A DNA stretch of 64,000 nt from Balanoglossus misakiensis (lineage: Eukaryota; Animalia; Hemichordata): contig JBECUI020000043.1 of assembly GCA_040954595.2 (NCBI GenBank), positions 34,784-98,783 of the forward strand. The letters are read 5' to 3'. Made by a program: the position numbers and the translations under genes. Below, piece after piece: positions 1 to 13,900 of the stretch (its first letter is position 1; each line of letters opens with the position of its first letter). The notes beneath the pieces were generated by a model. That model did no database searches, was not told the origin of the DNA, and saw only the letters and a program-made list of their open reading frames with translations.

Positions 1-3000
1 GATTTTTCGACTTTGCGAATTTTGAAAATTTGGTCATTTTTTGAAAAAACCATGGGTTATAGCTCAGGAAAATCGTCAAAAATCGAGGATTTTTCGACTT
101 TGCGAATTTTGAAAATTTGGTCATTTTTTGAAAAAACCATGGGTTATAGCTCAGGAAAATCGTCAAAAATCGAGGATTTTTCGACTTTGCGAATTTTGAA
201 AATTTGGTCATTTTTTGAAAAAACCATGGGTTATAGCTCAGGAAAATCGTCAAAAATCGAGGATTTTTCGACTTTGCGAATTTTGAAAATTTGGTCATTT
301 TTTGAAAAAACCATGGGTTATAGCTCAGGAAAATCGTCAAAAATCGAGGATTTTTCGACTTTGCGAATTTTGAAAATTTGGTCATTTTTTGAAAAAACCA
401 TGGGTTATAGCTCAGGAAAATCGTCAAAAATCGAAGATTTTTCGACTTTGCGAATTTTGAAAATTTGGTCATTTTTTGAAAAAACCATGGGTTATAGCTC
501 AGGAAAATCGTCAAAAATCGAGGATTTTTCGACTTTGCGAATTTTGAAAATTTGGTCATTTTTTGAAAAAACCATGGGTTATAGCTCAGGAAAATCGTCA
601 AAAATCGAGGATTTTTCGACTTTGCGAATTTTGAAAATTTGGTCATTTTTTGAAAAAACCATGGGTTATAGCTCAGGAAAATCGTCAAAAATCGAGGATT
701 TTTCGTCTTTGCGAATTTTGAAAATTTGGTCATTTTTTGAAAAAACCATGGGTTATAGCTCAGGAAAATCGACAAAAATCGAGGATTTTTCGACTTTGCG
801 AATTTTGAAAATTTGGTCATTTTTTGAAAAAACCATGGGTTATAGCTCAGGAAAATCGACAAAAAACGAGGATTTTTCGACTTTGCGAATTTTGAAAATT
901 TGGTCATTTTTTGAAAAAACCATGGGTTATAGCTCAGGAAAATCGTCAAAAATCGAGGATTTTTCGACTTTGCGAATTTTGAAAATTTGGTCATTTTTTG
1001 AAAAAACCATGGGTTATAGCTCAGGAAAATCGTCAAAAATCGAGGATTTTTCGTCTTTGCGAATTTTGAAAATTTGGTCATTTTTTGAAAAAACCATGGG
1101 TTATAGCTCAGGAAAATCGTCAAAACTCGAGGATTTTTCGACTTTGCGAATTTTCAAAATTTGGTCATTTTTTGAAAAAACCATGGGTTATAGCTCAGGA
1201 AAATCGTCAAAAATCGAGGATTTTTCGACTTTGCGAATTTTCAAAATTTGGTCATTTTTTGAAAAAACCATGGGTTATAGCTCAGGAAAATCGTCAAAAA
1301 TCGAGGATTTTTCGACTTTGCGAATTTTCAAAATTTGGTCATTTTTTGAAAAAACCATGGGTTATAGCTCAGGAAAATCGTCAAAAATCGAGGATTTTTC
1401 GACTTTGCGAATTTTCAAAATTTGGTCATTTTTTGAAAAAACCATGGGTTATAGCTCAGGAAAATCGTCAAAAATCGAGGATTTTTCGTCTTTGCGAATT
1501 TTGAAAATTTGGTCATTTTTTGAAAAAAACATGGGTTATAGCTCAGGAAAATCGTCAAAAATCGAGGATTTTTCGACTTTGCGAATTTTGAAAATTTGGT
1601 CATTTTTTGAAAAAACCATGGGTTATAGCTCAGGAAAATCGTCAAAAATCGAGGATTTTTCGACTTTGCGAATTTTCAAAATTTGGTCATTTTTTGAAAA
1701 AACCATGGGTTATAGCTCAGGAAAATCGTCAAAAATCGAGGATTTTTCGACTTTGCGAATTTTCAAAATTTGGTCATTTTTTGAAAAAACCATGGGTTAT
1801 AGCTCAGGAAAATCGTCAAAAATCGAGGATTTTTCGACTTTGCGAATTTTCAAAATTTGGTCATTTTTTGAAAAAACCATGGGTTATAGCTCAGGAAAAT
1901 CGTCAAAAATCGAGGATTTTTCGACTTTGCGAATTTTCAAAATTTGGTAATTTTTTGAAAAAACCATGGGTTATAGCTCAGGAAAATCGTCAAAAATCGA
2001 GGATTTTTCGTCTTTGCGAATTTTGAAAATTTGGTCATTTTTTGAAAAAAACATGGGTTATAGCTCAGGAAAATCGTCAAAAATCGAGGATTTTTCGACT
2101 TTGCGAATTTTGAAAATTTGGTCATTTTTTGAAAAAACCATGGGTTATAGCTCAGGAAAATCGTCAAAAATCGAGGATTTTTCGACTTTGCGAATATTCA
2201 AAATTTGGTCATTTTTTGAAAAAACCATGGGTTATAGCTCAGGAAAATCGTCAAAAATAGAAGATTTTTCGACTTTGCGAATTTTGAAAATTTGGTCATT
2301 TTTTGAAAAAACCATGGGTTATAGCTCAGGAAAATCGTCAAAAATCGAGGATTTTTCGACTTTGCGAATTTTGAAAATTTGGTCATTTTTTGAAAAAACC
2401 ATGGGTTATAGCTCAGGAAAATCGTCAAAAATCGAGGATTTTTCGACTTTGCGAATTTTGAAAATTTGGTCATTTTTTGAAAAAACCATGGGTTATAGCT
2501 CAGGAAAATCGTCAAAAATCGAGGATTTTTCGACTTTGCGAATTTTGAAAATTTGGTCATTTTTTGAAAAAACCATGGGTTATAGCTCAGGAAAATCGTC
2601 AAAAATCGAAGATTTTTCGACTTTGCGAATTTTGAAAATTTGGTCATTTTTTGAAAAAACCATGGGTTATAGCTCAGGAAAATCGTCAAAAATCGAGGAT
2701 TTTTCGACTTTGCGAATTTTGAAAATTTGGTCATTTTTTGAAAAAACCATGGGTTATAGCTCAGGAAAATCGTCAAAAATCGAGGATTTTTCGACTTTGC
2801 GAATTTTGAAAATTTGGTCATTTTTTGAAAAAACCATGGGTTATAGCTCAGGAAAATCGTCAAAAATCGAAGATTTTTCGACTTTGCGAATTTTGAAAAT
2901 TTGGTCATTTTTTGAAAAAACCATGGGTTATAGCTCAGGAAAATCGTCAAAAATCGAGGATTTTTCGACTTTGCGAATTTTGAAAATTTGGTCATTTTTT

Positions 3001-3165
3001 GAAAAAACCATGGGTTATAGCTCAGGAAAATCGTCAAAAATCGAGGATTTTTCGACTTTGCGAATTTTGAAAATTTGGTCATTTTTTGAAAAAACCATGG
3101 GTTATAGCTCAGGAAAATCGTCAAAAATCGAAGATTTTTCGACTTTGCGAATTTTGAAAATTTGG
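1..3165. repeat. Tandem satellite, subfamily A, 87-bp monomer (~36 copies; runs off the window start)
   Basis: CCATGG recurs at 50, 137, ... (period 87). Consensus ccatgggttatagctcaggaaaatcgtcaaaaatcgaggatttttcgactttgcgaattttgaaaatttggtcattttttgaaaaaa, with only scattered single-base variants. Confidence 0.98.
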
Positions 3166-4690
3166 TGATTTTTTGATAAAAACCATGGGTTATAGCTCAG
3201 GAAAATCATCCAGAAATGTCAATTTTGCGACTTCGCGAAATTTCGAAATTTGGTGATTTTTTGATAAAAACCATGGGTTATAGCTCATGAAAATCATCCA
3301 GAAATGTCAATTTTTCGACTTCGCGAAATTTCGAAATTTGGTCATTTCTTGATAAAAACCATGGGTTATAGCTCAGGAAAATCATCCAGAAATGTCAATT
3401 TTGCGACTTTGCGAAATTTCGAAATTTGGTCATTTCTTGATAAAAACCATGGGTTATAGCTCATGAAAATCATCCAGAAATGTCAATTTTTCGACTTCGC
3501 GAAATTTCGAAATTTGGTCATTTCTTGATAAAAACCATGGGTTATAGCTCAGGAAAATCATCCAGAAATGTCAATTTTGCGACTTCGCGAAATTTCGAAA
3601 TTTGGTGATTTTTTGATAAAAACCATGGGTTATAGCTCAGGAAAATCATCCAGAAATGTCAATTTTGCGACTTCGCGAAATTTCGAAATTTGGTGATTTT
3701 TTGATAAAAACCATGGGTTATAGCTCAGGAAAATCATCCAGAAATGTCAATTTTGCGACTTCGCGAAATTTCGAAATTTGGTGATTTTTTGATAAAAACC
3801 ATGGGTTATAGCTCAGGAAAATCATCCAGAAATGTCAATTTTGCGACTTCGCGAAATTTCGAAATTTGGTGATTTTTTGATAAAAACCATGGGTTATAGC
3901 TCATGAAAATCATCCAGAAATGTCAATTTTGCGACTTCGCGAAATTTCGAAATTTGGTGATTTTTTGATAAAAACCATGGGTTATAGCTCAGGAAAATCA
4001 TCCAGAAATGTCAATTTTGCGACTTCGCGAAATTTCGAAATTTGGTGATTTTTTGATAAAAACCATGGGTTATAGCTCAGGAAAATCATCCAGAAATGTC
4101 AATTTTGCGACTTCGCGAAATTTCGAAATTTGGTGATTTTTTGATAAAAACCATGGGTTATAGCTCAGGAAAATCATCCAGAAATGTCAATTTTGCGACT
4201 TCGCGAAATTTCGAAATTTGGTGATTTTTTGATAAAAACCATGGGTTATAGCTCATGAAAATCATCCAGAAATGTCAATTTTTCGACTTCGCGAAATTTC
4301 GAAATTTGGTCATTTCTTGATAAAAACCATGGGTTATAGCTCATGAAAATCATCCAGAAATGTCAATTTTTCGACTTCGCGAAATTTCGAAATTTGGTCA
4401 TTTCTTGATAAAAACCATGGGTTATAGCTCATGAAAATCATCCAGAAATGTCAATTTTTCGACTTCGCGAAATTTCGAAATTTGGTCATTTCTTGATAAA
4501 AACCATGGGTTATAGCTCATGAAAATCATCCAGAAATGTCAATTTTTCCTTTTCGCGAAATTTCGAAATTTGGCCATTTCTTGATAAAAACCATGGGTTA
4601 TAGCTCATGAAAATCATCCAGAAATGTCAATTTTTCGACTTCGCGAAATTTCGAAATTTGGTCATTTCTTGATAAAAACCATGGGTTAAA
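3166..4690. repeat. Tandem satellite, subfamily B, 88-bp monomer (~17 copies)
   Basis: CCATGG at 3183, 3271, 3359 (period 88). Consensus ccatgggttatagctca(g/t)gaaaatcatccagaaatgtcaatttt(g/t)cgacttcgcgaaatttcgaaatttggt(g/c)attt(t/c)ttgataaaaa. About 15 differences from subfamily A by hand alignment. Confidence 0.97.
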
Positions 4691-4691
4691 A

Positions 4692-4720
4692 ATGAGCTAT
4701 AACTTAAAGTTATAGCTCAT
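4692..4720. repeat. Perfect 14-bp inverted repeat (hairpin) closing the satellite array
   Basis: atgagctataactt-a-aagttatagctcat; the arms contain the conserved satellite box gttatagctcat. Confidence 0.95.
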
Positions 4721-4736
4721 GAAAATCATCAAAAAA

Positions 4737-4756
4737 TACATACATACATACATACA

Positions 4757-4790
<34 letters not shown>

Positions 4791-4799
4791 CATACATAC

Positions 4800-4882
<83 letters not shown>

Positions 4883-4907
4883 GCGCTAAGAAGGAAAGAA
4901 AGAAAGA
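4737..4907. repeat. Compound microsatellite (TACA)n then (GAAA)n
   Basis: (taca)~16 at 4737-4800, (gaaa)20 at 4801-4880, degenerate gaaa tail to ~4907. Confidence 0.97.
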
Positions 4908-7900
4908 ACACTCTTCTACACACAAAGGTCTACACTACCAACTTACCAAGTATACTTACTTACTTACTGTGATACATAATTATCGCTTTAGGCGTACAAG
5001 TATAGTTTGATGTCATCAAGCCGACAAAATATTAGATAATTGCACCGGGGAACAACACAAAAAGTTAGCTGTTGGCCCTTTTATTATCGTCAAACGGTTG
5101 TGAAAATTAAAGGTATATACTATCGACAACGTACGTGATGAATGGTCCTGGATAAAAAGCAATACTTAACATGTGGCCGTGCGCCGAGGGGGAGAGTGTG
5201 TCGAAACCATTAAGAATTTTCAGAGAACCTGAGAGTAGGTATCGTCCCCGGAAACTGTAAAACAATCACATATAGAGAAAGGTGCCGACTTGGATGTGTT
5301 AGCTGCAGATAGCATATTTCACTTGTGAACAAAGTTGAATGAAAATTTCACCTTCGGGATGATTATAAATATTGAATCGCACTGGAGAAAGAGTGTGCAA
5401 AAAAATCTAGCTAGTTTTATGGCACACTATAGCTAGCTAGATTCTTTAGTCGTAATTCTTCTCTGAAGCAATACGCTCCGGAAAATAAAAAAAAGCTGCA
5501 GCGTTCAGTTAAGCCCAATCCAAAGGCCAGTCCAAACACTCGCACAAAAAGCGCCATTAGAATAAGGAATACAAAGACAACATCTATAGGTACCGGACGT
5601 GGACATTTTGGAAGCGAACTTACCATTACGAGCGAGCGAGGCTATATGTACGAATGAAAAGGAAGTAAAAAACAAACAGAAAGTGCTTTGGAAAATTGCC
5701 TTCTATTGAGACTAACCGTACGGGGCTATTAAACACCCCGCCTGCATATTGGCTGAGAAAACATGCCAATCTTTCCGCGATGATAGCCTAATTATATTTT
5801 GATTCCGTTCAATTTAGACCGCTGTTTACACGCCCGATCCTTAATTATCAGGCAGGCTCGGCCCACTCCCGTACCATTCAACTTTCCTCACAAAAAGAGC
5901 TTTATGGATCTACAATTGTGTAATTTGCCTACTTAAGCAGTCACCGTGAACAATTCCCTCCACTTTACAATGAGGGTAATGATGTTTTCGGTCTATGATA
6001 ACAATGTCAGAGGTATTTTCCAATTTCGTTCGTTAGCTGGGAGTCGATGATTTCTTCTTGGGAGTAAAGTTGACAAGACGACATGTTTTCTATTATTAAC
6101 TAGCGACACTACGTCAACAACAGAATGTCAGTGAACAGCTGTGGTTATGTCGGCTATCCCTGAACCTTGATAAAGAAAACCAGAATTCACACACCCGGGG
6201 AATAATTATATCATAATTATACGTACCTTATATGATTCATGCACGAAAGTGCTGCGGGAACTTTTTGTTTGGTGAAACGACATTTCACCAAAAACACAGA
6301 CACGTGACTTAATGTCAGAGGGCATCGAAGAAGATTTATGTGGTATATTTTTTTCTTTGCAGTGATGTCCAGTTATTTTTAATTAGAAGATTGCATTGCC
6401 CTGGAGTCTTGCGCTGTTTTACGTAAGATTGAAATGGCAATTTCCCAACAGAAGCCCACCAAAAGAAGCAAAAAAGAAAGAAACCGATACGGTAACATTT
6501 CAACACTGTCACGATGGTAGGAATCGCATGGTTTCTTACAAGGAACGCTTCGTTTGACGTTATTTTTTTTTTTTTTTGGGGGGGGGAGAAAATAGAGAGA
6601 GAGATGGAGAAAGAGAGAGAGATATATCTTTACCCTAATGAGTCAGGGTATGTGAATCGACGAAGTGCACTTTCTCGGTAAAGTTTGCTAAGTTTCTCTG
6701 CCTGTCCTGGTAAACATAAAATACTGAACCGGTTTAATTTGACCGCTATCAGAAACGGTTCTATTGCTGGGAAGTGAAATAATTTCTTGATGTTAATTTT
6801 CACTTTAGTCACATTTTGACATCCAAATCTTCCCACTCATTATTAGCGGCTTTCAGTTCTTTGCGTTTGTGGTGGCCTCGTTTACTATAGTCATCAAAAA
6901 AAACTTTGGAAAGAGTCGTGTCCAATGCACGTTGAATTGTCACTCTCACCCATTTCTACGTGACAAAACCCGAGTTTACTTTCAGCCTGTCGACTATGCA
7001 TGGCTTGTTCACGTTGCCGTAATCGCTTAATTCTGCCTAGTTCTTTTCAGCGAAAAATCGAAGACGCGACAACACTGGACACTTCGCACGTTTTGCTACA
7101 AGCTCATATTGGTTGTGCGGTTTTTCAATCACTCCAGAAAGGGATTTGGGGACTTAATTGGTCAAATTAGTGGTAAGTGTAAAACTGGGCTAATATCACG
7201 TCTTCGCCTAATGTGGATATCTTTAAACTTTCACGAGAAGACGGCACAGTCGGTCGCCTTTGATCAGTTGGATTTTTGCTTGCAGTCAAGCAAATTTCTC
7301 TACTGGATAATGTTTGTGTCTTATGCAATTATTTGTTCGGAGTAAGCAAATAAGTTGATTTGTTAAGAGCCACGGCTGAAGTCTTGTTCTTCTCACGACC
7401 ATACTGTTAATTGGTCTAACGGAATGGGGACGCTATTGTCCAGAGGATCTCAATATTTGCCTGGCACCGCCGCGATAGCGGTATCACCGTCCTCATTAAA
7501 AACCAGAGAAATTACAAGAAAGCTTGGCACGCATAAACAAACGTGAGGACGGTGCCGATTTCGGACGATCCCTGGAAATCGTTATAGTCGTGAGTGCACG
7601 AAATCTTCCACCAATTACCCGATAAACATTTCACCAGTTTTCAACAAATTAACAGGCGCCGGAGAAACTTCCAATTAATGCTTGAAACATTGTCATCGTT
7701 AGCGACGGAATAAGGGTAATAGAGAAGGAGAATTCTCGTCTAATTGCCTATTGTAGCTCGTCCTGTGGCGAATATGGAATCATGCCCGACAAATACGTCA
7801 ACGCGAACTTCAAATTATACTAATTACGACACAAGAGTGCAAATTAGTCGTTAACAAGGACGATTTTGATCCACTTAATGCAAAATGGTGGACGTGGGAA

Positions 7901-10900
7901 CACGGACGTAATGGCGGCGCCTTTATTGACAACAATAGTACTATGTATAGGGCATACTTATTGGGAGATTTTCATTGAGCTGAATAAGGGGAAAAGGCTC
8001 TCCATTTTAATAGGATTACTACCTTTGATTGATGTTAAAGCACACCTTTTCACCGAGTACCCGATTGTTGACTTGCCTATTAGTGGTTCTACTCGCTGTT
8101 TGACGAGTTGCTCAAAGGAAGAGGGCTCGTCTGCGGGTCTCTGGAGCTTTAATTCTCAATCCTCTGCAGCAACGACTGTAGCACTCTCCATGATATTTTT
8201 CTTCAAAATAGAGGTTGAAAAAAAACATTCTGTCCGTTGGAGGTGCCGAACTGAACAGAGGATTTACCTTCGCTTACATTGTTATCTTGAAGAAACTTTC
8301 CAAGAGCTTCACTACATGCTCTGATGTTTAATGGCGTTGTCTGATTGGTCAGTCGATTCTTAGCATTTTGGCAGTATTTCCCGTGTGAAGACTATACTAG
8401 CTCAACATGACAAAAAGTGATGAGGGTGTCACGGACAATACATTTGACAAGAGGAAAATGTATCAAAGACAACAAGTAACCAACAAGGCGGGCTGATTGG
8501 CAAATGACTACCTAATACTCATTGATGTGCAGATTTCTATGTGTTTGTTATTCTCAGTAATTTCAGGGTAGAGTCATTTTGTAGAAAAGCACATCATTGC
8601 CCCGGCACTAGTGTGTGCAACAGCTTCGGTTTAATCCGGCATAATTGGAGTTAAGTCGGTGAATATGAGAACAAACAGTACAGTGGCAAGTGAGCAGTTC
8701 TCTGACTGTAATTATATTCATCGCATAGAGACATGATAACCAGTCGATTTGATACGAGCATTGACCCCAGCACTTGTTAGAAAGTTTTTTTTCCTATTTC
8801 ACTTCTTTGTAAAAGTTTAAAGTGGTAGAATCAGTCTTATAATTGGGACATATGGCTGTCAGCAGTACACAAAAAGCCAATCAAAATCTTTACTGTAAAA
8901 ACCAGAAGACATGATGGGATGATTAAAGTTTTATACTGTGCATGTATACATGTAATTAACATGTTGGAGAGTTTTTAGGATTAGCCGAATTTTCATTTAT
9001 TTTCCATATTAATGCCGAGTACAACAGGGTCCCAGTTGTTGAAAAGTAAATAAAGACATGTTAGATAATTAACCCTCGAACTTTAAAAAGCAACAGTGTT
9101 ACCAATCTTGCCGCAGGGAGGCTTAGAAACAGTCTTTAATTATGCACACAAACACCGATACCATTTTGTTAGACAACTTTCCCTTACAGATACAAGAAAT
9201 CCCGTTAGAATTCAAATCCCTCTCTGCCGTTGAGGTGGGTGGAACGAAGACGGATTTTCGCCATTGTGATTCTTGAGCGACTTGGACTTGTAATATTCTC
9301 GATCATCCGAGTATGAGTAGCGCCCCAGGGCGAGCTTTCAATTTGAAGGTTTTGAACAAGAAGTAACCCTGGCTCTTCTCTCCTTGTATCTGTCGTCTGG
9401 TTATTAATCTTGCATTGGTTTTGAGTTGTCATTCTGATTGCTTTTTGTTTTCAAAAAAAAGGCGTGAAATTAAGTATTTCTAGTTGTGTCAAGGACTTTA
9501 TTCTTAGTGTGGTTTAGGGAAAAAAAGTATTCTCAAAGATAGGTGATCAATTCAATATTTTCTAAAGAAGGTTTGGCCAAACTCAACGTTTTGTGCGTAC
9601 CCCTGGTGTGACTTACGTATCAACCAATGATATTCCTTATTTCGATGCTATTATGTAAATTTACAGTCATTATTTGCCTTTGATCTTATCAAGGATGTCT
9701 AGCGAGGCATTTCCACTGCATTTAAAATGTCATGGAAGCAGTTCGGGGGGTTTTCTTTTCCACGACTGTCTGAAATGCAGACTGGCAATTCTGCAAGATG
9801 GATAGCTAAAAGGAATTCTACTAAGGTCTAAACGAGCTTTGTATCCTACTAAATGAGATGATACTGAGATAGCCCTCTTCCCAACGCAGGAAATTGGAAT
9901 AACGTAAAACGTTCGTAAAACTTGAAGTTTTAATGGGTCTTTTATGGGTGCTAGTCTTCGAAAAACATGACAAATAAATTATAAAGCAGCTCGCCCAGAA
10001 AACGGCAATATCATCCTCAATCGGCGCGCCATGTTCGGAAATCTGCTAATTTCCTTTTCTATTAATTCGTGTATTAATATCTCATTTTGGCGCGATCCGC
10101 ATTATTACTGATAAATTCATTTTTAATCCCCCCTCTATATGTGCTATTACATTTTCAATTTCCAGTCTGTATTGCCTGCTGAAATATTCACACCTGCTTC
10201 GAGGTGTACTACATCGGATATAATTTCCTTTGAGTTTCCGATGATCCTCCACGCCGTCGTCGTCATCATCATCATCATCATCGCTGCTGTCACAGAAGAG
10301 AGACAAGAAGAGAGGCGGAGGCTAAGTAACAGAAGACCTTGCTCCAATAGCTTTGGCGGCGCCCTGTCTCACGTGACACAGACGTCATCATGGCAATATG
10401 GACATTGGATTGGTTGGAACATGTTTGCCGATCTTTTCCCCCAACCATCACAAGATTACTCAAAGTCCTGGAGGGGCGATAATGCAGCGGCGGCTGATTG
10501 GTTTTTGTTGTATACTTTGCATGCAGCGAGAAGGTTATGAAGTAACGGAGTTGCTGAAAATCTCAACGTCTGACTCCCATGGTATTTGCGCGTTTCCACT
10601 TCCGTTCACGACCACTGTTCCAATTTTACATGGGACATAATCTGCTAGCTGTTATTGTTATAGTGTTATTGTTGTTGTTTATATCGCTATTGACAAATAA
10701 AATTGACGAATACAACTATTACAAATGTGTCGGAGTTTTAAATGCTGTCGACCAACAACAACCAGATTTCAGCCATTGTTCTTTGCATTGTTCAATGCAA
10801 CCCATCCTTTTTGTCAATGTCAAAATTAATATTATTATTGAGTGGAAAAAAAATTGCCCTCGTACAAATAATCTGTCGTCCTTGAAAAGGGACTGCGGAG

Positions 10901-13900
10901 CTTTTACTTCAGTTTAGAAATGAAATGTTTCCATGATTTCACGTACCACTAGATCATCAATCAGGCGCTGAAATTCGGTTGCCATGATCACCCGCTGGTT
11001 ATTTACATATTACGCAGATTCCTGTTTTTGCCTCCGTTTCTTTTGCAGAGTTTGACCGATTGCAAACGTCACTCGTAACTGAACATATTTTCATCTGGGA
11101 GGATCTTTTGAGTTTTCCGCACAGAAACAACAGGTTGCACGGAATGGTTAAACGAAGTTAACAGGTCTCCTTACGCCATGATTTGATTGTTAAAAATTCC
11201 ATTCAACTTCGAAAAGGTACATCGATATCCTCTTTACAAAATAACGCGGGAAAGCATCAAAGTGCATTTTATAAAGGCTGTCGAAAAAAATACCCAAGTC
11301 ACGATCATTCGATTAGAGGGTAAATGTGTCCATTAAGGACCACGTCCGTATAAGGTGGAACTAAAACATGAGCGCCAATCTAATGGTTTCTCTGAGTATT
11401 TCTCCAGACGACACAAAGGCCGCTGCCTTCATAATATTCGCGCGCAATGTCACGGCTGTTTGAATGCTCGGTGAAAATTGCAGTGCATGTGTTTGTGCGA
11501 AGTGTTACATGATCTCAGGCGGGATTCTGAAACCGAAGGCAACTTGAAGCACTGGAAAACGGAAAGAAAGTAATTGCGAGTTTGGAGACTGTGAAACAAA
11601 ACACGATGGACATCCCCTAACTACCCTTTCTGAAAATTTACTATCTGCAGTCAATCATCACTCTAAGTAAGATGAAGGAGCACCTGTCACTTCCGTTTCC
11701 GGTTTCATTTTAGATTTACATTTGGCTTTCAGGGTGACTGCCGCAGGTTGTAAACTTTCACGGTGGTGCACTGCATATTAAAATTGGTACATGTACATTT
11801 GTTTTCAGGGACAGAACTGACTGTACTGTATGTTTATCCCTAGGGCTGATGATTTCCTTTCAGCCAACTTCCACGCGCCCATCTTGCACTCAACCAACAA
11901 CAGGCGAGAGGTGACCACCTGGTTGCATTACAGTCGCGCGACCATGGCCATGATTGGCCACAAAACTCACTGCATGGTGACATAGTGAGCAAACTAAGGG
12001 CCGAGCATGCGTATGTTTATCCCAACCTCAAGCACACTGTAATCTACCGTCAGTGAAAAGGGGAAAAACGCACACACTGTTAAATAAGGCATCAATAGCA
12101 AGTAAATCGAATGCATGACTACATTCAAAAGCGATACGGGGAGGTATTAATTAAAGCAGTGTTCCTCATTCTATAGTAGGCCTGAATTGCACAGGGAATA
12201 AAGTCTTCTGGGAAATGTGGCCAAGTAACCTCAACTAGGTGGTTTGATATAAAATGAGGTCAAGCTAGGGAGTCGATGACTTGTATTTGACCCCGTGAAC
12301 TTTAGGTCAGCTATGCCACCGACGAGGATGTAGGCGGTGTAAGATTTTCACTTTAAAGAAGCAAGGGATTCTTCGAAAAAAAACCAAGTCAACTGATGTG
12401 TGTGCGTGTATGTTTTCTTTCTTTAAAGTAACGATTTTCCCGCGGCAATTTGAAAGCCATTACCGAAGCAAGATTGATTTTTGAGCTGATACTATGTATA
12501 CGCATATTCGTCTACATTTGTGGGACTAGCATGCATTAGGCTACACCAACTCAAGACTGGGGCAGATTAAACTGTCATTTGTGAATTTCTTTTCAATAAT
12601 ACCAAGACTAAACGAACTTGAAGAACCATACAACCGGTAAAATGCTGTTTTTCCATAATACATAATTTTAGTTACGTAATTGCCAAAAGCGGCATGAACA
12701 ATCTAAAGGCTTGGATGACAGCAACAACGGCAAAAGCGTTCACTGCAGAATGACTGAATGTATATTTTTGTACAAGACCCACGGCCACTCGTTCGTCTCA
12801 ATTCACATTATATGCCTTGTCTACAGTTCCGCGGTGTCATTAATTACCATTGAGCTTGACATGAATAGGCAATAATTTTAAGAGTTCTTCTCAAAAATTT
12901 AGCCTGGAGAAATCTCCATTTCGCCCTCGCAATCTCCTTGGTTTGTTTCGCCTCAGCTGTCGTCGCGCTGTATTTCATCTCTGTCCAGACGCCTTCCAAG
13001 CTTGTGGCGTGTACTGTGCACACACATTTTCAAAACCAGACAAGAGAGCTGTAAAATTCTTGTCGGTAGAACTGAACGAAGGGAATGACGAGGCGGGAAG
13101 TTTCTGGGCCGCGGCGTCTTTGCCCGGCCGAGCACAATTTCAAAACTGCTGCTTTCTCACAATCCACGGCGATAAGTGTATGCAAATTATCTTAATTAGC
13201 GTAACGCAACACACCAATGAGAAGTAGCGATTCCCAGAGGCCGTGCCTTACTCTGTTTTACATCTCCTCAACTAAGCTTACTCTGAGATAAGAGAAACAG
13301 TTGTCTATTTTAACAGGCTCTCCTGAAAGTACTTCCTAAATTGTTTGAAATTTGTGACCTCAAAATTTTTCCATCTAGAAAGCGATAGTATCTGTCACCC
13401 GACTGATAGGTTCTCTGTTCTTATCTGTGTTCACATCTGACAGCATTGTGACAGCCCTACGGAGTTCCACATGATTGAGTTGTATTCACGCGAATCTTTA
13501 CCCATTTTTGACTTCTGAGAAGAATTATTAAATATGTCAGGATATTGAATTTTCAAAACTTATCACGCACCATTTTGTACAAGGGACGGAGTAGCTTCCC
13601 TGGGGAGTACTGCTAGAACAATTTGGTGCAAACAACATTTTTACTCGAAAAATCTTTGGACATTCGCGCCTTATACCAACACATTATGGTCGTAAAAGCT
13701 GGTAACAGAACACAGCCTCGATAGCAATCATTTTGTCTGACTTTTTGTGATTTTTGGTTAAGTGATTTTTTGAGGTTATGTCCTGAATAAATTGAACAAT
13801 AAATTCTTTGTGGAGTAGTAACAGCCATGTTTAACACCTCACGTGACAAATTAGGCCTATCCATGGCAAGCTCTGTAATGCTCATTTACATACATTGACC

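Noticed and set aside
13-3168. 645-aa, 400-aa and 308-aa repeat ORFs
   Set aside because: The 87-bp monomer is a multiple of three and lacks stops in these frames. ORFs appear on both strands and vanish in the 88-bp subfamily, so they are satellite artefacts.
1-4690. CRISPR-like array
   Set aside because: No unique spacers, no cas genes, and the context is eukaryotic with spliceosomal introns.
4710-4925. FLSF/MYVC ORFs
   Set aside because: Translations of the (GAAA)n and (TACA)n microsatellites.
7866-10917. ORFs of 66-152 aa (e.g. 7866-8324, 9205-9432, 10139-10540)
   Set aside because: No recognisable domain and no chain of phase-compatible exons.
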